Of a stretch of DNA of 64,000 bases, positions 48,093-58,656 are shown one piece after another. The notes beneath the pieces were generated by a model, which worked only from the letters and a program-made list of their open reading frames with translations, ran no database searches and had not been told where the DNA came from. How positions within the stretch are numbered: position 1 is the stretch's first letter; each line of letters starts with the position of its first letter. This DNA is from Candidatus Uhrbacteria bacterium RIFCSPLOWO2_01_FULL_47_17 (GTDB lineage Bacteria > Patescibacteriota > Patescibacteriia > UBA9934 > GWF2-40-263): assembly GCA_001791305.1 (NCBI GenBank), contig MGEI01000004.1, positions 61,101-125,100 on the forward strand. Direction: 5' to 3'. Made by a program: the position numbers and the translations under genes.

Positions 48093-49034
48093 ATGAAAAA
48101 CGACTTATCAATCGATGTTGTCATTCCGGTATTTAATGGTGCGGCCTTCATTGAAGAGGCTTTGATTTCTGTTGTGCAACAAACATTTCTTCCGCATCAG
48201 ATATTTGTGATCAATGATGGCTCAACAGATAATACTTCTGAAATCGTGGAGAAATTTGCCAAAACAAGCACTGTACCTATCATACAGATACAGAAAAAAA
48301 ATGGTGGACCAAGTTCCGCTCGTAATGCGGGTATTCGGATGAGTACGAGTCAGTATATTGCTTTTTTGGATGCAGATGATGTTTGGCAAGCAGATAAACT
48401 TTCTTCACAAATATCGATTTTCGAAGCATCCTCAGACGAGACTTTAGGAATCGTCTATGGACGATATTCACTCATGAATGAACAAGGTGTTGAGATCCAT
48501 GAGACGTTTTATAATCCAAAGGTATGTTTAAAAGGTTTGATCTTTTCTTCTTTGTTGGGATCAAATAAAATCTGCGGAAGTGGAAGTGCTGTGTTGATAA
48601 AACGAACTTGTTTTGATTGTGTTGGATATTTCGACGAAACATTACGAGCAGCGGAAGATTGGGATATGTGGCTCCGATTGGCGGAACGGTACATGTTTGA
48701 TTATGTTGATCATGTAGTTGTTCGAATACGTAGACATGGGGCAAGTATGCAAAAGAATCAAAAAACGTTTTTTTTGAATCAGTTGGCTTTTTATCGCAAA
48801 TGGACGTACATGTTATCAGATCAGAGTCAGGCAGGTGATGAGTGGGCAATATTTTTGGTCGATCAATTGTTACTTAGTATTCGATTTTTCAATTTTGATA
48901 CAATATTTGTGACAGCAATTTATTCAATCCCAAAAGACACAAAAAAGAAAATTTTTTGGAAGTCGCATGGTTTTATCCTTTTGTATATATGTAGAAGAGT
49001 TTTGTATATCATTTCTTGTAAAATAAAAAAGTGA
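48093..49034 (+). CDS. GT2 glycosyltransferase
   Basis: VVIPVFN, DGSTD, FLDADD. Confidence 0.92.
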   Translation: MKNDLSIDVVIPVFNGAAFIEEALISVVQQTFLPHQIFVINDGSTDNTSEIVEKFAKTSTVPIIQIQKKNGGPSSARNAGIRMSTSQYIAFLDADDVWQADKLSSQISIFEASSDETLGIVYGRYSLMNEQGVEIHETFYNPKVCLKGLIFSSLLGSNKICGSGSAVLIKRTCFDCVGYFDETLRAAEDWDMWLRLAERYMFDYVDHVVVRIRRHGASMQKNQKTFFLNQLAFYRKWTYMLSDQSQAGDEWAIFLVDQLLLSIRFFNFDTIFVTAIYSIPKDTKKKIFWKSHGFILLYICRRVLYIISCKIKK

Positions 49035-50029
49035 TAAATATGTCGTACGTATCATCTTTTCAAAACGTACAACCAAAAATCAGTGTTATTATGCCCGTTT
49101 ATAACGGGTCTCGTTATTTATGTGAAGCAATCGAAAGCATCTTAAAACAAACGTACAGTGATTTTGAATTGATTATCGTTGATGATTTTTCAACCGATAA
49201 TACTGTTGATTTGATAAAAGAATATCAAGCAAAAGACAAGCGTGTTCATCTATATAAAAACGCATTCACGAAGGGGATTGTTGGTTCGTTAAATACGGGC
49301 TTGGCCCACGCTTCCGGTTTGTATATTGCAAGGGCAGATGCGGATGATGTGAATCTACCATCACGATTCATGGATCAAGTTAACATGTTAGAACAGAATC
49401 CAGATATCGTATTGGTGGGTGCGGGATGTCGAGTTTTTTCAGAGAAAGGATTCGGAAAATCGATTTATCGACCCAGTTCAGCAGTTGAATTGGCGTGGCG
49501 TCTTATCAGCGATACGTATTTTTGTCATCCTGTGACGATGTATCGAAAAGAAATCGCCACAGCATTTCATGGATACGCACAAAAAGAAGCGGAAGATTTC
49601 GATTTATTCTCTAGGATTATTAAAAAACACCAAACAAGAAATTTGCACAAAGTATTACTAAACTATCGCGAGCATTCATCGAATCGTTCAAAAGAAGCTG
49701 CGCAAGCGATTGCTAAAAGTGTACACAATATTTTCTTAGATAATTTTGAATACTATTTTGGAACAACGAGAAATGCAGATAAATTCTTTGCATTTCAGCA
49801 TGATGGAATTATGCATGTGAGTGATTTTATTTTAATCACACGCATGAACCTCCAAATTATTCGAAAGATATTGTTGGATTATCACATATCTTTTTTCTCT
49901 CGAGAAGTATTTTTTTGCACCAATAAAATATTCTTCTTGCAATGTCGTGCGCTTTTTTCGCGATGGATATCAAGCTTAAAAATGATCTTACGTTCATTCT
50001 ATCGATACTTACTTGGAAAGTCGTTATGA
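49031..50029 (+). CDS. GT2 glycosyltransferase
   Basis: SVIMPVYN, DDFSTD, RADADD. Confidence 0.92.
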   Translation: MINMSYVSSFQNVQPKISVIMPVYNGSRYLCEAIESILKQTYSDFELIIVDDFSTDNTVDLIKEYQAKDKRVHLYKNAFTKGIVGSLNTGLAHASGLYIARADADDVNLPSRFMDQVNMLEQNPDIVLVGAGCRVFSEKGFGKSIYRPSSAVELAWRLISDTYFCHPVTMYRKEIATAFHGYAQKEAEDFDLFSRIIKKHQTRNLHKVLLNYREHSSNRSKEAAQAIAKSVHNIFLDNFEYYFGTTRNADKFFAFQHDGIMHVSDFILITRMNLQIIRKILLDYHISFFSREVFFCTNKIFFLQCRALFSRWISSLKMILRSFYRYLLGKSL

Positions 50030-51099
50030 AAATTCTCTATACAGCATTGAAATATGATTACGGTGATCCTGCCCGAGGGTATAGTTTTGAACACTATAAT
50101 TTTTATGATGCCCTTATAAAAATGGAGGGGGGAAAACATGAAATTCTCTATTTTCCATTTGATGAAATTGGCGCATCCCTTGGCAGGGAAGGATTGAATA
50201 AAAAGATGTTAGAGGTTGTACGATCAGAAAAACCGGATTTGTGCTTCTTTTTTCTTTTTGAACATGAATTCGATTTTGAAACAATTAATGAAATCACTCA
50301 GAATTCAGGAAGCAAAACATTTGCATGGTTTTCGGACGATCAATGGCGGTTTCAAAATTATTCAAAACATTACGCACCTTGTTTTCATTGGATATCCACA
50401 ACAGATAAACGAGCTGTGGAAAAATATAGAAAAATTGGTGTTTACAATGTCATTAAATCTCAGTGGGCCTGCAATCATTATTTGTATCATCCAAAAGATC
50501 GTGTGAACATTGGACAACCAGTTCGTAATGAAATTACATTTGTTGGACAGCCACACGGAAATCGTAAGCAAGTTATTCGTGCGTTGGAAAAAAGACATCT
50601 CCCCGTCGTCTGCTATGGGAATGGCTGGCCTCAAGGAAGAATTTCTCAAGAAGAAATGATTGAGGTATTTGAATGTAGTAAAATAAATCTGAACTTAACA
50701 AAGGCGAGTGCTGTACGACGCATGCCAAATTTTGTGTATGTGTTTTTGCATAAGGAGAATGGTGTGATTAAATTGAGATCTTGGAAAAAGATTTGGGAAG
50801 ATCTCCGTTTTTCATTTCGAAAAACACAAGAGCAAATTAAAGGGCGTAATTTTGAAGTACCTGGATGTGGAGGGTTTCTTCTGACTGGATATGCGGAAGA
50901 TTTGGAAAAATATTATGTGGAAGGAAAAGAGGTTGTTGTATTTCGTGGAATTAAAGATCTTGCAAAAAAAGCGTATTATTATTCAACACATGAAGAAGAG
51001 CGTAAACAGATCGCGCGTGCGGGATTCGAACGAACGGTGAAGGATCATACGTATGAAAAACGATTTCAAGAAATTTTTCACATAATGGGCTTGGAATAA
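50026..51099 (+). CDS. CgeB-like GT-B glycosyltransferase
   Basis: SKINLN, RNFEVPGCGGFLLT, HTYEKR. Confidence 0.85.
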   Translation: MKILYTALKYDYGDPARGYSFEHYNFYDALIKMEGGKHEILYFPFDEIGASLGREGLNKKMLEVVRSEKPDLCFFFLFEHEFDFETINEITQNSGSKTFAWFSDDQWRFQNYSKHYAPCFHWISTTDKRAVEKYRKIGVYNVIKSQWACNHYLYHPKDRVNIGQPVRNEITFVGQPHGNRKQVIRALEKRHLPVVCYGNGWPQGRISQEEMIEVFECSKINLNLTKASAVRRMPNFVYVFLHKENGVIKLRSWKKIWEDLRFSFRKTQEQIKGRNFEVPGCGGFLLTGYAEDLEKYYVEGKEVVVFRGIKDLAKKAYYYSTHEEERKQIARAGFERTVKDHTYEKRFQEIFHIMGLE

Positions 51100-51101
51100 T
51101 T

Positions 51102-51863
51102 ATGCCTAGAATGAGTGTCATTCTTCCTGTGTTTAACGCAGAGAAGACAATTCAACAATCTATTCAGAGTGTGCTGAATCAAACCTTTAGGGACTTTGAA
51201 TTGATTGTGATTGATGATGGTTCAACAGATGAAACACAAAAAATTATTCAAGGGATTCAGGATGCTCGTGTTATTTGCATAAAAAATGAAAAAAATCTTG
51301 GTTTGCAAAAAACATTGAATCTTGGATTACAAAAAGCAGTTGGGACATACATTGCACGGATAGACGCGGATGATACTTGGATTGATCGCAACAAGTTGTT
51401 ACACCAAATTTCGTTTTTAGATACCCGTCCTCTTGTCGTTCTTGTTGGTACGGGTGCTGTTGTGATGAAAGCTGGTCAAGAACTATTTCGTTTCCTTAAC
51501 CCATCTTCTGACGTCGATATTCGTCGAATTCTTTTGGGGAAAAATACGTTTGTTCATTCAAGTGTTGTATTTAAACGAGACGCAGCACTGCGTGTTGGAG
51601 GGTATTCAGAAGATGTGACGGTAACGCATGTGGAGGATCATGATCTTTGGTTAAAATTAGGGACACAAGGTATGCTCGCGAATTTGGCGGAGTATGATAT
51701 ACAATACACGTTGTCAGAGACACAAATTAGCAGCCGCCATAAGCGTATTCAATTTTTTCGAGATGTTTTACTGGTCAATAAATATGCAAATAAGTATCCA
51801 GGAAAATGGCGAGCATGGATTCGCGGGTTGATGAGGTTGGGATATTATGGTTTTTTGAAATAA
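51102..51863 (+). CDS. GT2 glycosyltransferase
   Basis: SVILPVFN, DDGSTD, RIDADD. Confidence 0.92.
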   Translation: MPRMSVILPVFNAEKTIQQSIQSVLNQTFRDFELIVIDDGSTDETQKIIQGIQDARVICIKNEKNLGLQKTLNLGLQKAVGTYIARIDADDTWIDRNKLLHQISFLDTRPLVVLVGTGAVVMKAGQELFRFLNPSSDVDIRRILLGKNTFVHSSVVFKRDAALRVGGYSEDVTVTHVEDHDLWLKLGTQGMLANLAEYDIQYTLSETQISSRHKRIQFFRDVLLVNKYANKYPGKWRAWIRGLMRLGYYGFLK

Positions 51864-51867
51864 TTAT

Positions 51868-52767
51868 ATGCGTTTTAGTATCGTCATTCCAACATTTGAG
51901 CGGCAACAATCACTTCATGAGTGTTTGTCTTCGATTTTATTACAATCACGTCTTCCAGACGAGGTAATTATTGTAGATGATGGTACGCTGTCAGAAGTGT
52001 TTATTACAGATGAAAGAGAGCGATTTAAACAATCGAAATGCACACTTTCATATTACAGAAAAGATCATGTGCAAGTATCACGAGGCACTTCCATTTCACG
52101 CAATATCGGAATGAGCCTCGCACGTGAGGAGGTTGTATTTATTTTGGATGATGACTTGTTTCTTGAAAAAAATTTTCTGGATGAGATTATGTCTGTTTGG
52201 GAGCGTGAAGATTGCACAAGTATTATCGGGATTGGTGGTGTGATTTTAAACAACCGAAAAAAGTCTTTGCTTGAATTATTTTTCAATCATGTATTTGTTC
52301 TTGAATCAACATATTCGTGGGATGTGACGGATGTGGGGTATCAAACATGGAATGATGGAATCCAAAAGTGTGTTCGTGGTTTTTATGAGCATGGTGGTGC
52401 TTGTTCGTACCGAAAAACATTCGTGATGAAATTGGGTGGTTTTACCGTGTTGAATGATGGACGAACAGCGCTTGAAGATGTTGAGTTTGCACTGCGTGCA
52501 AAACGTTCAGGACTTGGTTATTTTATTGAACCGCGCGCTCGCACAGAACATAACCATGCTTTAGGCGGACGAACATCTAAATGGAGGAGTGCATTTCAGG
52601 AAAGTCAAAACAGAAAATGGATTTTTCAAACGATGTGTAAGCAAGACGTTCTGCATCAGCTTTGGTTTGTGTGGTCATCTACCGGATGGATACTGCGACA
52701 ATTTTTGAGTGGGCAGTTTCAAAAGGGATTTGGTATGATTATTGGTTTTTTTGTGCGAAACGTATGA
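51868..52767 (+). CDS. GT2 glycosyltransferase
   Basis: SIVIPT, ILDDD, EDVEF. Confidence 0.9.
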   Translation: MRFSIVIPTFERQQSLHECLSSILLQSRLPDEVIIVDDGTLSEVFITDERERFKQSKCTLSYYRKDHVQVSRGTSISRNIGMSLAREEVVFILDDDLFLEKNFLDEIMSVWEREDCTSIIGIGGVILNNRKKSLLELFFNHVFVLESTYSWDVTDVGYQTWNDGIQKCVRGFYEHGGACSYRKTFVMKLGGFTVLNDGRTALEDVEFALRAKRSGLGYFIEPRARTEHNHALGGRTSKWRSAFQESQNRKWIFQTMCKQDVLHQLWFVWSSTGWILRQFLSGQFQKGFGMIIGFFVRNV

Positions 52768-53876
52768 ATATTCTTTATGTCATTACGAAATCTTCTCGTG
52801 GAGGTGCACAACAGCATGTTCGTGATCTTGCAATAGCATTTCAGGATCAAAAAAATACGGTCACTGTTGCGATTGGTGAGAAAGGCGGATGGTTACACGA
52901 TCAGTTGACGGAACGTGGAATCGGAGTCGAATATGTTCGTTTATCACGAACATGGAATCCGCTTGTTTTTTTTGCATACATGATCGACCTGATGCGTATT
53001 CTGAAGAATATTAAACCCGAGATCGTGCATTTTCATAGCTCACATACGTTAATCGGTACATGGATTGTTCGTTTTTGTTTTACGCATATTAAATCAATTG
53101 TTACTGTTCATGGCTTAAGTTTGCTTTATCCAGGAGCAGCAAAAAAATGGATACAAGCAATATACGCATTTTTTTTGCGCAGCGTTTTTTTGAGTGCAGA
53201 TCGAGTAATTTCTGTATGTTTATTTGATAAAAAAATACTGCTCGAACAAAAACTTGTTACACAGAATAACATAGAGATGATCCATAATGGAGTATTTACA
53301 CCTGCTTTTTTTACGCCTGAGGAGGCTCGAATGCAAATTGGACTTCCGTTAGGTGTAACGATCATTGGAACTCTTGCCCGCTTTTCGTATCAAAAAAATC
53401 TTTCATTTTTGATTGAATCTTTTGCTGCATGGAATCACCCAAGCGCCTTGCTTTGTTTGATCGGAAGTGGAACAGAGGAAGGGATGTTGAAACAACTTGT
53501 GCGCGATCAAGGGATTGAGGATCGCGTATTTTTTCGACAAGGAGATGCAACTGTATTGAAAGCGTTTTCCTGTTTCGTTCTTTCATCCCGTTACGAAGGT
53601 TTTCCGTACGTTCTTCTTGAATCCGCTCTTGCCCAAGTTCCTCTTATTGCCACAAATGTAGGAGGAGTTTCTGAACTGATTGAACAAAATCAAACAGGCT
53701 GGTTGATCCCATCTAGCGACATTCCTGCACTTGTACAAGCATTGAATGATGTTGTGTTCGATGCAGATCGCGCGAAAAGATATGCACGTGCAGCACAAGC
53801 TCGCGTACAGTCAAATTTTATGATTGAATCGATGATTCAAAAAATAGATAGACTTTATCAGTCGCTCAACGACTAA
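52764..53876 (+). CDS. GT4 glycosyltransferase
   Basis: GGAQ, EGFPYVLLES, VGGVSE. Confidence 0.92.
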   Translation: MNILYVITKSSRGGAQQHVRDLAIAFQDQKNTVTVAIGEKGGWLHDQLTERGIGVEYVRLSRTWNPLVFFAYMIDLMRILKNIKPEIVHFHSSHTLIGTWIVRFCFTHIKSIVTVHGLSLLYPGAAKKWIQAIYAFFLRSVFLSADRVISVCLFDKKILLEQKLVTQNNIEMIHNGVFTPAFFTPEEARMQIGLPLGVTIIGTLARFSYQKNLSFLIESFAAWNHPSALLCLIGSGTEEGMLKQLVRDQGIEDRVFFRQGDATVLKAFSCFVLSSRYEGFPYVLLESALAQVPLIATNVGGVSELIEQNQTGWLIPSSDIPALVQALNDVVFDADRAKRYARAAQARVQSNFMIESMIQKIDRLYQSLND

Positions 53877-53919
53877 ACATGCTTTTGTATTAGAAATTGA
53901 TACTGCTTCGTTTCGCGCA

Positions 53920-55221
53920 TTACATAAGCCTCTTCTTCGTCTCCACCTTATATCCCTCCACGGCCGGTTGATCAAATGCGTTTACACTCATGAGCTGCGC
54001 AAGATACATCATCTCCACCATACGAAATTGCAAATAATACCCCAGTTCTTTTTCTGAAACAGCCTCAAGTTCGATCGAGAGGAATGGGCGTTTGAGTTTT
54101 TGATAGGTCGCTGTGACGCCACCCACGATTTCGGACATGAGTTCATCGAGCGATTTTCCTGGAAGATGCTCGACCATGTTTGGAAAGAGAAGTTTTGAGG
54201 GGACACGACCACCCCCTGCTCCCTCCTTCATAAAGGAGGGAGTTCTTGCGATGGAAATAATATTCGTAAACTTATCATCTGGACCACCGAAGTAGAGTTG
54301 TGCCATCGAGTGTAAATCGGTTGAACCAATCGAAACAATCGGTGTGATGCCGGCGTGCACAACATGACCATCCAAATCTTTTTCTTTCCCTACACTTTCG
54401 CCCATCAGTTGTCGATACCACTTTCCGAGCGATTCGAGTTCCGGCGCAAACAGAAATGTATTGTGAATGGATCGGCCTTTTTTTGCATGCGCATATGTTG
54501 CATAAGCAGAAACAAGCGCATGATTTTGTGCGGTGTCACCCAAGAGTCCGTCTTCGACCGCTCCTCGTGCACCCTCGACCAGTTTGCGAACGTCATATCC
54601 TGCAACAGCGAGGGGAAACAATCCAACAGCAGAGAAGACACTGTACCGACCTCCAACCTTTGCGGGAATTCCGAGATGATCGATCTTTTGTTTTTTTGCT
54701 GCTTCGAAGAACTTTGACCCGTCATCACTTATTACGACAAGGCGATCGCGTACATCTTTATATAGCTTCTTGAGTGCGGCCAATAATGCTTCTGTGTTTG
54801 CCATTGTCTCCGTCGTTCCACCTGACTTACTGATCGATACGATCAGGAATTGTTTTTTGTTTTTAAGTTGTTTCGTGAGTTTTTCGAGAACCAAAGAAAA
54901 ATGTGTACTCGAGACTGTGTCGAGAAACAACATCTCGACATTTTTTCGAGGAAGCGCATCATAAACTGCCTGCGTTCCAAGATTTGAACCACCAATGCCA
55001 ATCACAACAACGATCTTTAATTGTTTGGTTCGATATCCTTCAGCTCGTTCGAGAATCGCATCGATATGCGTCGAAAACGGGAGATTGATGGAACATTCAA
55101 GGTCATCGAATTCGCTTTTCTCTCGAACATTGACCAGATGTCGACGATACGACTCGAGTTGTTTGGCCGACGTGCCGAGTTCTTTTGCAGAGATTCCTGA
55201 ATTTTTTGTGGAGATGATCAT
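53920..55221 (-). CDS. pgi: Glucose-6-phosphate isomerase
   Basis: GIGGSNLG, SKSGGTTE, GGRYS, QLMGES.GK, NAFDQPAVE. Confidence 0.93.
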   Translation of the reverse strand: MIISTKNSGISAKELGTSAKQLESYRRHLVNVREKSEFDDLECSINLPFSTHIDAILERAEGYRTKQLKIVVVIGIGGSNLGTQAVYDALPRKNVEMLFLDTVSSTHFSLVLEKLTKQLKNKKQFLIVSISKSGGTTETMANTEALLAALKKLYKDVRDRLVVISDDGSKFFEAAKKQKIDHLGIPAKVGGRYSVFSAVGLFPLAVAGYDVRKLVEGARGAVEDGLLGDTAQNHALVSAYATYAHAKKGRSIHNTFLFAPELESLGKWYRQLMGESVGKEKDLDGHVVHAGITPIVSIGSTDLHSMAQLYFGGPDDKFTNIISIARTPSFMKEGAGGGRVPSKLLFPNMVEHLPGKSLDELMSEIVGGVTATYQKLKRPFLSIELEAVSEKELGYYLQFRMVEMMYLAQLMSVNAFDQPAVEGYKVETKKRLM

Positions 55222-55398
55222 AGAAAAATGTATTTCCGACATCTTACCGTTTTTGCGCTCTTTTCGCGAGTGTCTTTTTCTACCTTTCCAACTTTTCCGA
55301 CCTCTCGGACTTTCTTCACTTATCCACACCCCGCGCCGACTTTGTGAATTTCTGATAAAATATCTTTAGTTTTAAGATTTATTCATTATTTTTTTCGT

Positions 55399-55614
55399 AT
55401 GTTCATGAAAGGCGAAAAGTGCGGCGTACATTGCGTTGCTTGGTGGCTTTTACTCGTTGGTGGACTTAACTGGGGACTTGTTGGTCTTTTCAACTGGAAC
55501 CTTGTTGAAGTTCTCTTTGGCGCATGGCCAATGCTCGTAAAGATTGTTTACATCTTGGTCGGACTTTCGGCGGTGTCTATGTTGATGAAGAAGTCTTGCA
55601 AGGCGTGTAAGTAG
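55399..55614 (+). CDS. DUF378 small membrane protein
   Basis: GGLNWGLVGLF..NLV. Confidence 0.88.
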   Translation: MFMKGEKCGVHCVAWWLLLVGGLNWGLVGLFNWNLVEVLFGAWPMLVKIVYILVGLSAVSMLMKKSCKACK

Positions 55615-55750
55615 GGAAAAAAGGAGAAAGTAGAGAGTAGAAAGCAGAAAGGGGGGGAAACATTTTTCGTTTTCTTTCATGATCTATTTTTGAAAACTAC
55701 TTTTTCTTTTTTTCCTTTCTATTTTCTACTTACCCCTTTCTACTTTTTCT

Positions 55751-56218
55751 ATGAAACTCAAACTTGGTGATAAGGCTCCGGATTTCTTGTTACCCGATCA
55801 ACTCGGGAAGATGCATTCCCTCAAAGATCAAAAAGGGAAATGGGTGCTTTTGTATTTTTATCCAAAGGACGACACACCAGGATGTACCAAAGAAGCGTGT
55901 TCGATTCGTGATAACTTTCCGAAGTTCAAGAAACTTGGGCTTGTTGTGTTTGGGGCGAGTGTTGATTCCTCGAAAAGCCACGCGAAGTTTGTTCAGAAAT
56001 ATGAACTTCCGTTCACACTTCTCGCTGATGATGACAAGGAACTTGTGAAGGCTTACGGCGTTTGGGGCAAGAAGAAGTTTATGGGTCGCGAATATATGGG
56101 AACCAAACGTTGGTCGTTCCTCATCGATCCAAAAGGCAAGATCATAAAGATTTACGAAGATGTAAAGCCAGAGAAACATGTGGATGAAGTCCTCGCGGAT
56201 TTAAAAGAACTCATGTGA
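55751..56218 (+). CDS. bcp: Peroxiredoxin Bcp
   Basis: FYPKDDTPGCTKEAC. Confidence 0.95.
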   Translation: MKLKLGDKAPDFLLPDQLGKMHSLKDQKGKWVLLYFYPKDDTPGCTKEACSIRDNFPKFKKLGLVVFGASVDSSKSHAKFVQKYELPFTLLADDDKELVKAYGVWGKKKFMGREYMGTKRWSFLIDPKGKIIKIYEDVKPEKHVDEVLADLKELM

Positions 56219-56233
56219 TATACTGACCCTCGT

Positions 56234-56677
56234 ATGAAAGTTATTCTTCTTGAAAACGTTGCGAGTCTTGGTAAACAAGATCAGGTCGTGGAAGTCTCTG
56301 ACGGACACGCCCAGAATTTTTTGTTTCCGCAGAATTTGGCTGTGCCAGCAACGGAAGAGGCGCTTCGAAACATGAAAGAACGCGAGACGATCGCGAAGAA
56401 ACAATCGCAAAAGGCGATCGTGGCCACGGGTAAACTTGCGGAGAAGCTCGATGGTTATGAGATCACGATTGAAGAGAAGGTGAATGAGGACAGTGTACTT
56501 TATGCGGCTGTCACAAAAAAGATGATTGCGAAAGCTTTAAAAAAAGCAGGATTTGATGTCAAAGAAGAAATGGTTGATCTCGCGGAGCCTCTCAAGAGTC
56601 CTGGAACAAAGACGATTACGATCGAACTCCCGCACGATTTTGAAGCAGAAGTTCGTCTCACGATTGAAGGCGTCTAA
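56234..56677 (+). CDS. rplI: 50S ribosomal protein L9
   Basis: MKVILL..V..LGK...V.DGHA.NFL.P. Confidence 0.95.
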   Translation: MKVILLENVASLGKQDQVVEVSDGHAQNFLFPQNLAVPATEEALRNMKERETIAKKQSQKAIVATGKLAEKLDGYEITIEEKVNEDSVLYAAVTKKMIAKALKKAGFDVKEEMVDLAEPLKSPGTKTITIELPHDFEAEVRLTIEGV

Positions 56678-56735
56678 ATTTAGACAGAGTTTTCAAACTC
56701 TGTTTTTCGTTTGTCTTGCGTTCGTTGGCTCGTTC

Positions 56736-56841
56736 GGGCCTGTTGTATTTTGTGAATTCACAAGAGCAGTCCGCCCTTCGGCAAGCCACCGCAGACGGGC
56801 TCTCCGCAAGCGATTGTGACTTCACAAAATACAACATGCCC
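56736..56841. repeat. Long imperfect inverted repeat (MITE-like)
   Basis: tgttgtattttgtgaattcacaa / ttgtgacttcacaaaatacaaca. Confidence 0.6.
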
Positions 56842-56876
56842 TCACTGTGCCTTAACGAACTCCTAACTTTTCCTCT

Positions 56877-58514
56877 ATGCATAAATTTATTTTCGTTGTT
56901 GGTGGCGTCATGTCTGGCGTTGGAAAAGGCGCGGCGACTGCATCGCTTGGGCGTGTGCTTCAAGAAAAAGGATATAAGGTCACGGCGATTAAAATCGATC
57001 CGTATATTAACGTTGATGCGGGAACCATGAATCCAGTTGAGCACGGCGAGGTGTTTGTGACGGTCGACGGTGACGAGACGGATCAAGACGTTGGAAACTA
57101 CGAGCGTTTTCTCGAAACCTCGATTTTGTCGATCAATTACATGACAACTGGTCGTGTGTATCAGTCCGTCATTCAACGCGAGCGCAATCTTGGTTATGGC
57201 GGTCGAACGGTTCAAGTTGTGCCAGATGTTCCAAATGAAGTGATCGAACGCATTGAGAACGCGACGGAGCGGGCGAACGCAGATTTTACCTTGATCGAGA
57301 TTGGAGGAACTGTCGGTGAGTACGAGAACATTTTGTTTCTTGAAGCAGCTCGACTCATGCGCATGAAGTATCCAGACCAAGTACGAAACATCCTCGTGAG
57401 TTACATGCCAGTGCCTGGATCTCTCGGCGAGATGAAGACAAAACCAACGCAACAAGCGGTTAGAACCATGATGGCGGCCGGGATGTATCCGGATTTTGTG
57501 ATTGCAAGATCCACATTGCAAATCGACGAGCCGCGTAAAAAGAAACTCGCGATGTTCTCAAATGTCCACGCTGAACAAGTCATTGGTTCGCCGGATGTAA
57601 AATCGATCTATGAAATTCCAGTCGTGTTCGAGAAACAACAGTTCGGCGATAAGATTTTGAAATCATTTGGCATGAAAGAATTGCCAGAGAAAAAATTGGT
57701 GAAGTGGAAGAGGCTGCTTGCCTCGATTGTAAACACAAAAGGGGAAGTGAAGATCGGTGTGATCGGCAAGTACTTCTCGACGGGAGACTTCACCCTTTCG
57801 GACGCGTACATCTCCGTCATCGAAGCGATCAAGCATGCGTCGTGGGCGAATGGCCGCACGCCGAAACTTGTTTGGCTGAACTCGGAAGCGTACGAGAAGA
57901 GCCCCGCGAAGTTGAAAGAACTCGATGATCTCGACGGTGTTGTCATTCCTGGAGGATTTGGATCGCGCGGGATTGAGGGAAAGATTAAAGCGATTCGCTA
58001 CTGTCGCGAAAACAAAATTCCGTATCTTGGACTCTGTTATGGAATGCAATGTGCGGTGATCGAGTACGCTCGCAATGTGCTGAAGCTGAAAGATGCGAAT
58101 ACGACGGAGATTAATCCAAAAACAAAACATCCGGTGATTCACTTGTTGCCGGGACAAGAAGAGAAGATGAAAGAGGGAAGTTATGGCGGCACGCTGCGTC
58201 TCGGATCGTATCCGTGTAAGCTCGCCGCAAACACCACAGCGCGAAAAGCCTACGACGAGCCACAAGTCGACGAGCGTCATCGTCATCGCTATGAGTTTAA
58301 CAACGAATATCGCGCCGCGCTCGAAAAGGCCGGGCTTGTGATCTCGGGAGTGAATCCAGAGCAAGATCTCGTCGAGATTGTTGAGCTGAAGAACCATCCG
58401 TTCTTTGTTGGAGTCCAATTCCACCCAGAGTTTCAATCAAGACCGCTCAGTCCACATCCGTTGTTTAAGGCCTTTGTGAAGGCGGCGGTTGGGAAGAAGG
58501 GCAGAAAGGGCTGA
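56877..58514 (+). CDS. pyrG: CTP synthase
   Basis: GGVMSGVGKG, KTKPTQ, GLCYGMQ, QFHPEF. Confidence 0.97.
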   Translation: MHKFIFVVGGVMSGVGKGAATASLGRVLQEKGYKVTAIKIDPYINVDAGTMNPVEHGEVFVTVDGDETDQDVGNYERFLETSILSINYMTTGRVYQSVIQRERNLGYGGRTVQVVPDVPNEVIERIENATERANADFTLIEIGGTVGEYENILFLEAARLMRMKYPDQVRNILVSYMPVPGSLGEMKTKPTQQAVRTMMAAGMYPDFVIARSTLQIDEPRKKKLAMFSNVHAEQVIGSPDVKSIYEIPVVFEKQQFGDKILKSFGMKELPEKKLVKWKRLLASIVNTKGEVKIGVIGKYFSTGDFTLSDAYISVIEAIKHASWANGRTPKLVWLNSEAYEKSPAKLKELDDLDGVVIPGGFGSRGIEGKIKAIRYCRENKIPYLGLCYGMQCAVIEYARNVLKLKDANTTEINPKTKHPVIHLLPGQEEKMKEGSYGGTLRLGSYPCKLAANTTARKAYDEPQVDERHRHRYEFNNEYRAALEKAGLVISGVNPEQDLVEIVELKNHPFFVGVQFHPEFQSRPLSPHPLFKAFVKAAVGKKGRKG

Positions 58515-58656
58515 GAAGGCGGAAAGGTCGAAAAATAAAAAAGAATCAAAATCGCCATAAAAGTGGCGATTTTTGCTTGGAATCATTGACAAAATGCCCA
58601 ATTTATGGTATATTGCTCTGTCTCAAATAGGATTTTGTAGATCCGGGAGGTGCCTG

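Noticed and set aside
55222-55329. Basic N-terminal extension of Pgi
   Set aside because: Arises from a periodic intergenic repeat array
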